Below, piece after piece: positions 9,998-19,489 of a stretch of 64,000 nucleotides of DNA. The DNA comes from a virus (Duplodnaviria > Heunggongvirae > Uroviricota > Caudoviricetes), in IMG/VR virus record IMGVR_UViG_3300039159_000198. One strand, given 5' to 3'. Numbering within the stretch: position 1 is the stretch's first letter; each line of letters begins with the position of its first letter. The notes under the pieces are model-generated. The model was not told the origin of the DNA. It did no database searches and saw only the letters and a program-made list of their open reading frames with translations. Position numbers and translations under genes: made by a program.

Positions 9998-10625
9998 TAA
10001 ATGTAAAGAAGAAAAAACGTGTAATTTGTTTGGGAGGTCTAAACAAAATAAAGACGGTTTAAGGTCATTATGTAATGATTGTCGCAAATTAGAAAGTAAG
10101 GAATATCGAGAAAAAAATCCTGAAAAAAGAAAAGAAACGTTATTAAAGTATTATGTGAATAATAAAGAAAAAGAATTATTAAGGTTTAAAAAATATAGAG
10201 AAGAAAACCCCGAAAAACGAAAAAAAAAAACCTGCTCAAAATATGTTGAAAATAATAGATTAAAACATAATGAATATTCCAAAATATGGAAACGCGAGAC
10301 AAGAAAAACAAACCCCATTTATAGAGTGATATCAAATGTAAGAGAAAGAACTAAAGATTATTTAAATTATAAAAGATATAATCAAAATTCACATATCTCC
10401 GATGTTAATGGTTGTTCACCAAAAGAATTAAAAGAATATTTAGAGCAAAAATTTATAGATGGAATGTCTTGGGATAATTATGGATTTTATGGGTGGCACA
10501 TTGACCACAAAATACCTTTATCATCAGCAAAAACAGAAGAAGAAGTTTATAAACTTTGTCATTACTCTAATCTACAACCCTTATGGTCCGAAGATAATTT
10601 AAAAAAAGGTAGTAAAATACTATAA
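9978..10625 (+). CDS. Zn-finger HNH-type endonuclease
   Basis: N-terminal CxxC...CxxC, K/E-rich helix, WHIDHKIPLSS...CHYSNLQPLW. Confidence 0.8.
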   Translation: METKVCSKCKEEKTCNLFGRSKQNKDGLRSLCNDCRKLESKEYREKNPEKRKETLLKYYVNNKEKELLRFKKYREENPEKRKKKTCSKYVENNRLKHNEYSKIWKRETRKTNPIYRVISNVRERTKDYLNYKRYNQNSHISDVNGCSPKELKEYLEQKFIDGMSWDNYGFYGWHIDHKIPLSSAKTEEEVYKLCHYSNLQPLWSEDNLKKGSKIL

Positions 10626-10626
10626 A

Positions 10627-10654
10627 AAAAAAGGTGTCATATTCGACACCTTTT
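10627..10654. terminator. bidirectional intrinsic terminator
   Basis: AAAAGGTGTC-ATATTC-GACACCTTTT between convergent genes. Confidence 0.8.
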
Positions 10655-10659
10655 ATTTT

Positions 10660-10995
10660 TTATGATTGTTTTAATCCGTCCGAACTCGTCACATACCAGT
10701 TACCCCCCACAAATCTAAATTCAATACATGAATATTTATCTGCAACTAATTCATCGTAATCTTCATCTATTTTACCTGTATCCGGTTTAATGGTTATTTT
10801 AGTCATTGATTTAATAACTACGTGGTCAGTTGAGATGGAATCCAAAGTTATTACAGATTCATTAACACCCCTAACGATTATACAACTTTCTCCGTTAGTT
10901 TTATAATCTGTTTCTGATACCACCGAAATCTCTGAAGTATTGATTGAGAGTCCGTTAATTATTTTTCTTGATGGGATTGTTTTAATTATTGCCAT
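10660..10995 (-). CDS. hypothetical beta-rich protein, possibly virion
   Basis: ORF directly downstream of neck gene. Confidence 0.55.
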   Translation of the reverse strand: MAIIKTIPSRKIINGLSINTSEISVVSETDYKTNGESCIIVRGVNESVITLDSISTDHVVIKSMTKITIKPDTGKIDEDYDELVADKYSCIEFRFVGGNWYVTSSDGLKQS

Positions 10996-10999
10996 ATGA

Positions 11000-12127
11000 T
11001 TATATTACGTAAATTTGACGAGGCATTGCTCTAAATTTCATTTGTTTATTTAAGTTTTCGGCAATTAATGCTTCTCTTTCCATAACTCGCTCGGGTCTAA
11101 GTCTTGTTAACCATCCTTCGGCTCCGGTAAGTTCTTCAATTAATTTTGATTTTTCATCTTTAGCCTCGGTTGATAATGACTGGTAGTCCATCATTAATTC
11201 ACTGTCAGGTGTTTTAAGATTACCACTATATTTTCCACGAACTCTAGCCAAAGTTTCCTTGCAGTATGCGGTAAACCATCTTCTCACCCATTGTTGACCC
11301 GGAACATTTAATTCTTCCCAAGTTAATTCTTCCATTGGAACATCTGAGGGTAGTTTAATAATGTCGGGATTACTTTTTAGACAATCTGCTCTGTTATCAG
11401 GTGTTGTATCATAATACCAATACCAAACCGCTTTACCCACATATCCATTAATATTATTCCAATTGAATCTACCATTTGGAGTGTTATACAAATGAATCAT
11501 TTTTTTACCATCAGGTAATCCTGTAATTCTATAAGTTAAAGAACCACCTAAGATTCTACTTAAAACATTTGCTTCTTGCATTCTTAACATATAGTCAAAA
11601 CCTGACATCATAAAGTAAGAGCCTTGATTACCCATTTGAGCAAATCCTGCCTCACTGGCCCCAAGACCCATTCCAGCTCCAAATCCACCTGCAGTACCAC
11701 CTAACCCAAACGCATTCCAAGGTCGGTCACTAAACCATAATAGTTCATTAACCTCACGATGTGCGGGAATCTCATAAGTTTGTGTGTTAGCACTTAAAAT
11801 AAAATAATCTTTCTTTAAGACCCAAGGACCATCAGTTTGAAGCCCCACAATTTTTGAGTATGAAAAACTAAATTGTTGTTCAAAATCCATAGTTCTTGTA
11901 ACTAACGCCTTCGCAACTGATTTTTCATTCATATTAAGGTTAACTAAATTAACCCATTGACTATCTATTAACCATTGAAGAATATATTCCTCATAGTCAC
12001 CAATAGATAATTCCATTAACGAGTCCATCATTTCATCTTCAAGTTCAACACTCCTAAGAGGTGCGCCTAATTGATGTTTGATTCTCGTATAAATTTTACT
12101 TCTTTCCGGTTCCGGTATAACTGCCAT
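11000..12127 (-). CDS. neck/head-tail adaptor, T4 gp13-like
   Basis: LGAPLRSVEL; WVRRWFTAYCKE.L..VRGKY; TATTTAT upstream. Confidence 0.7.
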   Translation of the reverse strand: MAVIPEPERSKIYTRIKHQLGAPLRSVELEDEMMDSLMELSIGDYEEYILQWLIDSQWVNLVNLNMNEKSVAKALVTRTMDFEQQFSFSYSKIVGLQTDGPWVLKKDYFILSANTQTYEIPAHREVNELLWFSDRPWNAFGLGGTAGGFGAGMGLGASEAGFAQMGNQGSYFMMSGFDYMLRMQEANVLSRILGGSLTYRITGLPDGKKMIHLYNTPNGRFNWNNINGYVGKAVWYWYYDTTPDNRADCLKSNPDIIKLPSDVPMEELTWEELNVPGQQWVRRWFTAYCKETLARVRGKYSGNLKTPDSELMMDYQSLSTEAKDEKSKLIEELTGAEGWLTRLRPERVMEREALIAENLNKQMKFRAMPRQIYVI

Positions 12128-12150
12128 AACTATAAATATATTATTGTTTA

Positions 12151-13683
12151 TTATTGTATATCATATAACAATGAATCTAATGGAAATATATAATTTCCAT
12201 CAACAATTTTTGGTTTTTTATTAAAGACTAAAACATTTTTTCCATTTTGGAATATCATTAAATCTGTTTTGTACAATTTAACACTTGCTGTATCTTCAAG
12301 TAAAATCCCATCATCTGTTATGATTTTATGTCTAAATGGTTTAACCTGAGCAGTTTGGGTGATACCATCTTTAGTTATTTCAATGTCAACACCACCGATG
12401 GCATCTTTTTTGTTTCCAATCCCACCAATAATTTCAACTTTAAATTCTTTACCCAAATATGTGCGTAATATAGATGCGGTTGTTTCTTCTCTTTTATTAC
12501 CGGCATTATTTGTTCCGGTTAAAACACGTAACAAATTTTGTAAGGTTGAACTTTCTTTATTAAAAATTCTAAATTTAAAATGGTTTAGTGCTCTCACAAA
12601 TCTATCGGATTCTTTTTTTTGTTCTTCAGGTGTTTTATTTCTAAAATCAATTGGTTGAGATTTTGTTAATTTTGTAATTACTTGATTTAAATCGTTTAAT
12701 AAAATACAAAATGATGTGTAGTTTGTATTTAATTTATTAATCACAGACCTACCAGGTCCTTCTAAATCATAAACACCTGACATTTCATTATTGGGCGGGT
12801 TCTCCATAAAATTTTCAGAAAAAACTTCTCTCATAATTTTATTAATGCCTCTCATGTAGGTCCATTTAACATTTTCGTTTGTGTTAAATAATTCTTTGTA
12901 AAATTTGTTTTCACTTGAGGAGCACATTTCTGACTTACCCTCACTCAATATTTGACCCATTTTTTTAGTTTCAAGTAATTTGGTATCGGTTTTCATTTCA
13001 TATAATTTAGAAACAAAATCCCAATTAACAACTTTCCAAAAATTAACGATGTATTCGTCTCTTTTGTTTCTATATTTCAAGTAGTAGGCGTGTTCCCAAA
13101 GGTCTAACCCTAACAACGGAAAACCACCACCTTCAATAACATTCATTAACGGATTATCTTGATTTGGTGTGGACATAATTTTTAAAGTATTTCTTGATGT
13201 TAAAATCAACCATACCCACCCGGACCCAAAACGTTCTTTGGCTATTTTTTCAAATTCTTTTTTGAATGACGGAAAACTACCATATTCTTTTGTAATTTTT
13301 TTTAAAAGTTCTCCTTTTAATTTTGTTAGGTTTGGTGATAACATATTCCAAAATAACGCGTGGTTAAACGCTCCTCCGGCATTGTTTCTTATTGTTTTAT
13401 CAAAACGACTTATTGTTTTGATAATTTGTTCTAATTCTAAATCCCCGTATTTTTTCTTTGAAAGAGCATCATTTAATTTATCCACGTAACCCTTGTAATG
13501 TTTGTTGTAGTGAAATCCCATCGTTTCGGGGTCGATGAATTGTTTCAGGGATGAATAGGAGTAAGGTAATTTTTCTATTCCTATTTTTTTCATTTCGGTA
13601 ATCAACAAGTTTTTTTCCTTAAGTACGTGTCTTTCAAGGATTTTAAATTCTAACTGTTGAATTTTTTCTTCTATTTTTTTCAT
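12151..13683 (-). CDS. Fe/Mn superoxide dismutase fused to C-terminal PD-(D/E)xK-like domain
   Basis: LPYSY..L, HYNKH, NAGG.FNH..FW, FGSGWVWL, NQDNP, DLWEHAYY; C-terminal D..GGVD...AQVK. Confidence 0.85.
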   Translation of the reverse strand: MKKIEEKIQQLEFKILERHVLKEKNLLITEMKKIGIEKLPYSYSSLKQFIDPETMGFHYNKHYKGYVDKLNDALSKKKYGDLELEQIIKTISRFDKTIRNNAGGAFNHALFWNMLSPNLTKLKGELLKKITKEYGSFPSFKKEFEKIAKERFGSGWVWLILTSRNTLKIMSTPNQDNPLMNVIEGGGFPLLGLDLWEHAYYLKYRNKRDEYIVNFWKVVNWDFVSKLYEMKTDTKLLETKKMGQILSEGKSEMCSSSENKFYKELFNTNENVKWTYMRGINKIMREVFSENFMENPPNNEMSGVYDLEGPGRSVINKLNTNYTSFCILLNDLNQVITKLTKSQPIDFRNKTPEEQKKESDRFVRALNHFKFRIFNKESSTLQNLLRVLTGTNNAGNKREETTASILRTYLGKEFKVEIIGGIGNKKDAIGGVDIEITKDGITQTAQVKPFRHKIITDDGILLEDTASVKLYKTDLMIFQNGKNVLVFNKKPKIVDGNYIFPLDSLLYDIQ

Positions 13684-13725
13684 AAATTTGGATTATCCAT
13701 TACATATAAATAATCTAAAAATTGT

Positions 13726-15477
13726 TTAACGACGCATTTGATTTATTCTTTCCATTATTTCACCTGCGGTATCTGCAGAATTCATATTATCGCCCATTAC
13801 AGTTGCGATAACTTGTTTCTTTGCATTAACAATATCGTAGATAATTCCTTCTATAGTATTTTCAAAAATAGGGTAATAAACCAGCACATTGTTTTTTTGT
13901 CCGTATCTATATGCTCGGTCCTCAGATTGTGCGTGGTCTGATGGTAAAAACGATAAATCATTAAAGATTACCGCTTCTGCTGATGTTAGAGTAATACCAA
14001 CTCCGGCAGCTTTAATATTACCAACAAAAACTTTTATCTTGTCATTTTCTTGGAATTGGTCAACACTAAATTGTCTTTCATGTTTAGACATTGACCCATC
14101 TAATTTAACAGCAATTTTACCAAAATGTTCTGTTATTTTATTTAACGAATCTGTAAAATTACAAAAAATAATTACCTTTTTGTCTTGTTCAATAATATTT
14201 TCGGCAATTTCAATTGTTTGTGTTATTTTTTCATCCGCAATTATTTGACGAATTTTTGTGAGTTTGGTGAATTGAACTGTAAGTGATTTTGATTCTTCCG
14301 GATTTTTTTCATACCAATTATAATAATCTCCCATAACTTCTTCATACATTTTAGATTTTAATCTTAAATAAACAGGTGTTATAATTTTATCGGGTAAATC
14401 CAAAACATTTTCTTTTAATCTCCTTAAAGTTAAACCGGCAGTTCTATCTCTCAATTCTTCAAGATTTGATGCTCCTTGAACATTCCAAATTTTTCTTGGA
14501 CCAACCTTGAATTGAAACCCAGCGCAATAACGAATTGCGTATGCCATCCAGTTCTTGGCTACGGGAGAATCAATTAAACTTAATAAATTAAAATAATCAA
14601 TTGGTCGAGAAGTCATTGGAGTACCCGTTAATAACCATAATCTATCAACACTTTTTGTAATATCATTGATAAGTTTTGTCCTTTGAGCCTGAGCATTTTT
14701 AATATAGTGGGCTTCGTCAATAATAATTAAATCAAATTTTGACATTAAAATTAACGAATCATCTTTCTTTTTTGGGTCATGAAAGTTTTTCATTATATCA
14801 TAATTAACAATAACAAAATCATCTTCGGTACTAAAATGTTTACCCTCTGAGATATAAATTGACTTATTAGAATAGTTCTCAATTTCTCTCTTCCAATTTA
14901 TTTTAAGTGTTGCCGGACAAATAATTAATACTTTTTTTATCCCTGTTTCTAAAGCCGCGATGATTGTTGAAGTTGTCTTACCCAAACCCATATCATCGGC
15001 AAGGATAAACTTTTTATTCTCAACTAATTTTTGGATTGCTTCTTTTTGGTGGTCTAATGGAGGTCGGTTAGAATATTTTGAATAATCAATAACAACATCT
15101 TTAACTGTATTATCTTTAATGATTGCCGCTTTTGGTAACCAAAAATGATGTAATTCCTCATTCTCAAATACTTTACCCCAAATATGAAACGCTTTTTCTT
15201 TATCCGATAATAACTTTTCTACCCATATTTTTTGAGGTATTTCTGTGTATAGTTTATCGTCTGCGAGTTTCTGTGCGAAATACGCATCGAGAATTACCCA
15301 CTTCTTCGCAACCTTTGGTTGTTTATCGTGATTATTAATTATGTACTCAGATTGACTCCTTGTTGGATAAAACTTTCGGTTTAATTGTGATTTACGTTTT
15401 AACTCAATTATGAAATTATTACCACCTTCGTAGGTCTCCAATAACGATAATGCTTTTGATTCTAAACTTACATTCAT
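13726..15477 (-). CDS. SNF2-family helicase/ATPase
   Basis: DDMGLGKT, DEAH, LTGTP, QSEDRAYRYGQ. Confidence 0.92.
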   Translation of the reverse strand: MNVSLESKALSLLETYEGGNNFIIELKRKSQLNRKFYPTRSQSEYIINNHDKQPKVAKKWVILDAYFAQKLADDKLYTEIPQKIWVEKLLSDKEKAFHIWGKVFENEELHHFWLPKAAIIKDNTVKDVVIDYSKYSNRPPLDHQKEAIQKLVENKKFILADDMGLGKTTSTIIAALETGIKKVLIICPATLKINWKREIENYSNKSIYISEGKHFSTEDDFVIVNYDIMKNFHDPKKKDDSLILMSKFDLIIIDEAHYIKNAQAQRTKLINDITKSVDRLWLLTGTPMTSRPIDYFNLLSLIDSPVAKNWMAYAIRYCAGFQFKVGPRKIWNVQGASNLEELRDRTAGLTLRRLKENVLDLPDKIITPVYLRLKSKMYEEVMGDYYNWYEKNPEESKSLTVQFTKLTKIRQIIADEKITQTIEIAENIIEQDKKVIIFCNFTDSLNKITEHFGKIAVKLDGSMSKHERQFSVDQFQENDKIKVFVGNIKAAGVGITLTSAEAVIFNDLSFLPSDHAQSEDRAYRYGQKNNVLVYYPIFENTIEGIIYDIVNAKKQVIATVMGDNMNSADTAGEIMERINQMRR

Positions 15478-15532
15478 CTATTCAAAAAATATTTTAATTA
15501 AATATAGTTAATATTGAGGTATTTATCAATAT

Positions 15533-16204
15533 ATGGAAGAATTAATGATAATTACAAAAGATGGTAAATCTTTTAGAGTTTGTCGTAAATGTGAAAAGGA
15601 GTTAGAGATTTCTTTTTTTGATAAATGTAATAAGACAAAATGTGGTGTTAGGTCAATTTGTAAAAATTGTCGTAAGATACAAAATATGGAAAATTCGGAA
15701 ATATTACAAATTAAAAGAAAAGAATTTTATAAATCTAATAAAGAGAAAGTATTAAAAAACGCTAAAAATTATAGAATTATTAATAAAGAAAAAGTTTTAT
15801 TAGCTGCAAAAAAATATAGAGAAGAGAATAAAGAAAAAATTGCTATATCAAAAAGACTTTCAACAAAGAAAAGATACAATAATGACGGATTTTTTAGGGT
15901 GACAACTCAATTAAGAAAATATGTAAGAAGATATTTTGATATTAAAACAAACTCAAGGGGTACTATGGATGTCATTGGGTGTTCACCTAAAGAATTAAAA
16001 GTTAAAATAGAGTCTCAATTTGAAGATTGGATGTGTTGGGATAATTATGGGTATGGGGAAAATAAATGGGTTATTGACCATATAATACCTTTATCATCAA
16101 CAACAATTGAAGAATTACACAAATTATGTCATTATTCGAATTTACGACCTTTATGTTGGAGAGAAAATATGATAAAAGGTAATAAAATAATAAATAACAA
16201 ATAA
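15533..16204 (+). CDS. Zn-finger HNH-type endonuclease
   Basis: CRKC...CKNC; WVIDHIIPLSS...CHYSNLRPLCW. Confidence 0.8.
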   Translation: MEELMIITKDGKSFRVCRKCEKELEISFFDKCNKTKCGVRSICKNCRKIQNMENSEILQIKRKEFYKSNKEKVLKNAKNYRIINKEKVLLAAKKYREENKEKIAISKRLSTKKRYNNDGFFRVTTQLRKYVRRYFDIKTNSRGTMDVIGCSPKELKVKIESQFEDWMCWDNYGYGENKWVIDHIIPLSSTTIEELHKLCHYSNLRPLCWRENMIKGNKIINNK

Positions 16205-16205
16205 T

Positions 16206-16718
16206 ATGCAAAAATTAGTTCCAATAACAAGACTTGGTAAATTCTTCTCTGAAGAAGATTTTTTTTTAGATGTGTCGATGGGAAAAGAATGGCTTGAGGC
16301 AGATATGAACTTTACCGTAATCCTTTACCGTGTTGACCGATATAAAACTAACGTTGATAATGTATATGGTGAGGTTAGCACCGATGGTATCCAATTTATG
16401 GCACCAATTGAATTACAAGGATTAGTTCAAATTATGGCGCCAAGTAATAAATTATTGGGTGGTTCTAAGATTAAACAAAATGAACCGGGTAATATGAAAT
16501 TTTCAATATATCAAAAAACTCTTGATGATATGGATGTTAATATATTTGCAGGAGATTATATTGGATATTACGAAACAGAAAGTAAAGTTAGGTATTATAC
16601 GGTAGTTGATGATGGACTTGTTGTTTCAGATAACCGCCATTCCTACGCTGGTTATAAACCATTTTATCGTACTATAATTGCGACATATGTAAGTGAAAAC
16701 GAATTTAGAGGAATATAA
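16206..16718 (+). CDS. putative head-closure/neck protein (gp14-like)
   Basis: D.VYGE...F..PIEL, GDYIGY pattern; position before tail genes. Confidence 0.5.
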   Translation: MQKLVPITRLGKFFSEEDFFLDVSMGKEWLEADMNFTVILYRVDRYKTNVDNVYGEVSTDGIQFMAPIELQGLVQIMAPSNKLLGGSKIKQNEPGNMKFSIYQKTLDDMDVNIFAGDYIGYYETESKVRYYTVVDDGLVVSDNRHSYAGYKPFYRTIIATYVSENEFRGI

Positions 16719-17329
16719 TGAAATACGTAATAACAGAATCTCAGTACAAAAAATTACAGGAACAACGTGTTAAGGGAGAAGAAGTTACTCCCGGAAAATA
16801 CGTTGTCCATTCTTCTAATCCATCTAATAGAGACAGTATTAGAGATTATGGTATCAGAGCTGTATTGGGTGAGTGTTATATGATTTACGCAGATAGTAAT
16901 TATGGTGAAGATGACGAATGTGTTCCTGCCGTGTTTGCAACAGATAGTGTAAAGAAAAAAGATATGTTTGATTCAACTTATGATGATGATATATGGGTGA
17001 TTGATACTGAAAGAGCCAATGTACAATGGTACAAAGACGCCCATTTTGATGGTGGTGATACTAAACATATTGTTACCTTTGAGGATATTCCAGTTGATTC
17101 CATTAGATTAATACATAAAGGAACAGGATTAGATACTTGGAATCATTATAATAATGAAGAAGAATTAACATTAAGTGAAATGATTAAATTGGATATTAAA
17201 GTTGGTGATACAATAATGGGGGGTAAATTTAAGAATAAAAAAATTATTGTTAAAACTATCGATAAAAACGAAAAGGGTGATATTACAATTAATGGGAAAC
17301 CTTTATTAAGATTTAGAATTATTAAATGA
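16718..17329 (+). CDS. putative ADP-ribosyltransferase-fold protein with N-terminal leader and small C-terminal module
   Basis: VHSS....SI..YGI, AVFAT, IWVID, VTFEDIP; leader MKYVITESQ. Confidence 0.5.
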   Translation: MKYVITESQYKKLQEQRVKGEEVTPGKYVVHSSNPSNRDSIRDYGIRAVLGECYMIYADSNYGEDDECVPAVFATDSVKKKDMFDSTYDDDIWVIDTERANVQWYKDAHFDGGDTKHIVTFEDIPVDSIRLIHKGTGLDTWNHYNNEEELTLSEMIKLDIKVGDTIMGGKFKNKKIIVKTIDKNEKGDITINGKPLLRFRIIK

Positions 17330-17721
17330 TGAAATACATAATAAAAGAAAGTAAGTTAAATAACTTTATTACAGAATATATCGATGGATTATATGATGTT
17401 GATGATATTGATTGGGATTATGGTCGTGGTGCAGATGATGACGGTTTTGAAGATAGGGATATTGAAAATGAAGATTTTTTATTTTTTTATACAGGTGATT
17501 GGGAAGGTGAGGATGGAGATAATGTTATTTTTAATTATTTCAGTAAAGAATACTATAGTAATGATAGTTCCCCTTTTAAAGATAACGCACCAATTTTAGC
17601 TATTAAAGATGGTGATTATGATAGGTTTAATACTATGTTCAATGACTTTTGGAAAGAGCCAATGAAACAATGGTTTGAAAAAAACTTTAACTTACCTGTG
17701 AATACGATATCAAACGATTAA
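17326..17721 (+). CDS. acidic hypothetical protein with MKYIIKES leader
   Basis: ORF overlapping upstream stop; leader motif. Confidence 0.6.
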   Translation: MMKYIIKESKLNNFITEYIDGLYDVDDIDWDYGRGADDDGFEDRDIENEDFLFFYTGDWEGEDGDNVIFNYFSKEYYSNDSSPFKDNAPILAIKDGDYDRFNTMFNDFWKEPMKQWFEKNFNLPVNTISND

Positions 17722-17723
17722 TT

Positions 17724-18173
17724 ATGAAAATATTAGTAAAGGAATCTCAATTAAGGAGAAAATTTGAAATCGTTACCAAAGATAATTTGGAAGATGATTA
17801 TATTGGTAAAAAAGTTATGGTGTATTATAATTTACATAAACATACTTTTTCGGTAAGATACAATAATAAAGTAGTTCTTAATGCCGATTATGTTAAATTA
17901 GGTGATGTAGAGTTTAGAGTTAGACCGGGAGGAAAAGATAGAGTTCGTTTAGAAAAACAAAAAAATGTCCACTCCTTTGTTATTGGAAATCTAATTGATT
18001 ATTGTAGTTACCCTTGTAGTGAAATACCAAGTGAACCTAATAATAACATTGTTACCTATCATCCGTATAAATACGATAGTTATGTTATGAAAAATACTGA
18101 GGAACCGACATACCGAGCAACTGAAGTTGATTTGATAAATTCAAAGAATAAACTATTTGTAGTTAAAAACTAA
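17724..18173 (+). CDS. phage hypothetical protein with MKILVKESQ leader
   Basis: VYYNLHK...KNVH.FV.G...YHPYK pattern recalled from uncharacterised phage proteins. Confidence 0.6.
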   Translation: MKILVKESQLRRKFEIVTKDNLEDDYIGKKVMVYYNLHKHTFSVRYNNKVVLNADYVKLGDVEFRVRPGGKDRVRLEKQKNVHSFVIGNLIDYCSYPCSEIPSEPNNNIVTYHPYKYDSYVMKNTEEPTYRATEVDLINSKNKLFVVKN

Positions 18174-18174
18174 T

Positions 18175-19212
18175 ATGCCATTACCAAAGAAAGTTATACC
18201 AACATTACCTTTAGTCCCACAGAAGACATTGTCTGCTCGTAGGGAACAATTATTAGAATACATAAATGAAGGAGGGACATACCTACCTAAATCTGTATTA
18301 CACGCAGACTTAGACCGAGGCATGTTAGATTTTGTTAAGAATGATTTAGAAGTCACTGTTGGTGGTAGTATTATTCCAATGGTAGATAGGATAATCACAA
18401 CACAAAATTGGTCTCAATATGTTGAAACTGCCTTATTTGTTGATTTGGACTATAACCCATCCCCGCCCTTTATCACAGTAGTTAGAAGTCCCGAAGTTAA
18501 ATTTGGTACTAATCCATCGTTACAATATACAATTCCTGATAGAAAACAATTTTATTATGCATCAGTTCCAACTTGGGACGGAAATGTACAAGGAATGGAC
18601 ATTTACACCATACCTCAACCAATACCGGTAGATATTAATTATAGTGTGAAAATTATTTGTAATAGAATGAGAGAACTCAATCAGTTGAATCTTATTGTTA
18701 TGCAGAAATTCTCATCGAAACAGGCATACACATTTATTAAAGGTCAATATGTTCCAATTGTTTTAAACAATATTTCAGATGAATCACAAATGAGTTTGGA
18801 CTCAAGAAAGTATTATGTTCAAAATTATGACTTCACTATGTTGGGTTATTTGATTGACGAAGAAGAGTTTGAAGTTAAACCGGCGATTGCCCGTGTCACC
18901 CAACTTATGGAATTATCCGGAGGGATAAACAAAAAAAGAGATAAAAATTTAAACAACCCAAATGAATTTTTAGAAAATTATTTGTTCGTTGTTGGTAATG
19001 ATACTTTGAGTGATGTTGTTGGTTATACTGCAAATCTTTCGTTTGGTACTTGGTCTAATGTTGATACCTACGATGTTTATATTAATGGTGATTATTTTGG
19101 TACTGATGTTCAAAATATACAGATAACAACTAACGATATTTTACGTATTGATGTTGTTAAAACTGACGATAATGAAGATGCCACAATACAATTTGTTAAT
19201 TTATTAGTTTAA
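18175..19212 (+). CDS. putative tail terminator/sheath stabiliser (gp15-like)
   Basis: P.PVDINYSV.I pattern; immediately before sheath. Confidence 0.5.
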   Translation: MPLPKKVIPTLPLVPQKTLSARREQLLEYINEGGTYLPKSVLHADLDRGMLDFVKNDLEVTVGGSIIPMVDRIITTQNWSQYVETALFVDLDYNPSPPFITVVRSPEVKFGTNPSLQYTIPDRKQFYYASVPTWDGNVQGMDIYTIPQPIPVDINYSVKIICNRMRELNQLNLIVMQKFSSKQAYTFIKGQYVPIVLNNISDESQMSLDSRKYYVQNYDFTMLGYLIDEEEFEVKPAIARVTQLMELSGGINKKRDKNLNNPNEFLENYLFVVGNDTLSDVVGYTANLSFGTWSNVDTYDVYINGDYFGTDVQNIQITTNDILRIDVVKTDDNEDATIQFVNLLV

Positions 19213-19370
19213 TTCTCACCGTAAATATCTTTCTTCTCTTTACAGGTATCCTCAATTAATTTTTCTAAAAACTTATAAATTTTTAATCCTCGTTTTTCAC
19301 AGTACTTTTTTAGTACGTCGTGGATGGCGGGGTCAATTTTAATATTCTTAATTTCTTTTGTTTGTTTCAT
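19209..19370 (-). CDS. 53-aa ribbon-helix-helix-like protein (not in ORF track)
   Basis: MKQTKEIKNIKIDPAIHDVLKKYCEKRGLKIYKFLEKLIEDTCKEKKDIYGEN. Confidence 0.7.
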   Translation of the reverse strand: MKQTKEIKNIKIDPAIHDVLKKYCEKRGLKIYKFLEKLIEDTCKEKKDIYGEN

Positions 19371-19489
19371 AGGTAGAAAAAAGGTAGAATTTATTCATAC
19401 TCTTTACAAATACATATTCAAAAGTAAAGTTTTTTGTTATTCTATTGAATATTTATCTATAAATAAATCTACAATAGAATAATTAAATA

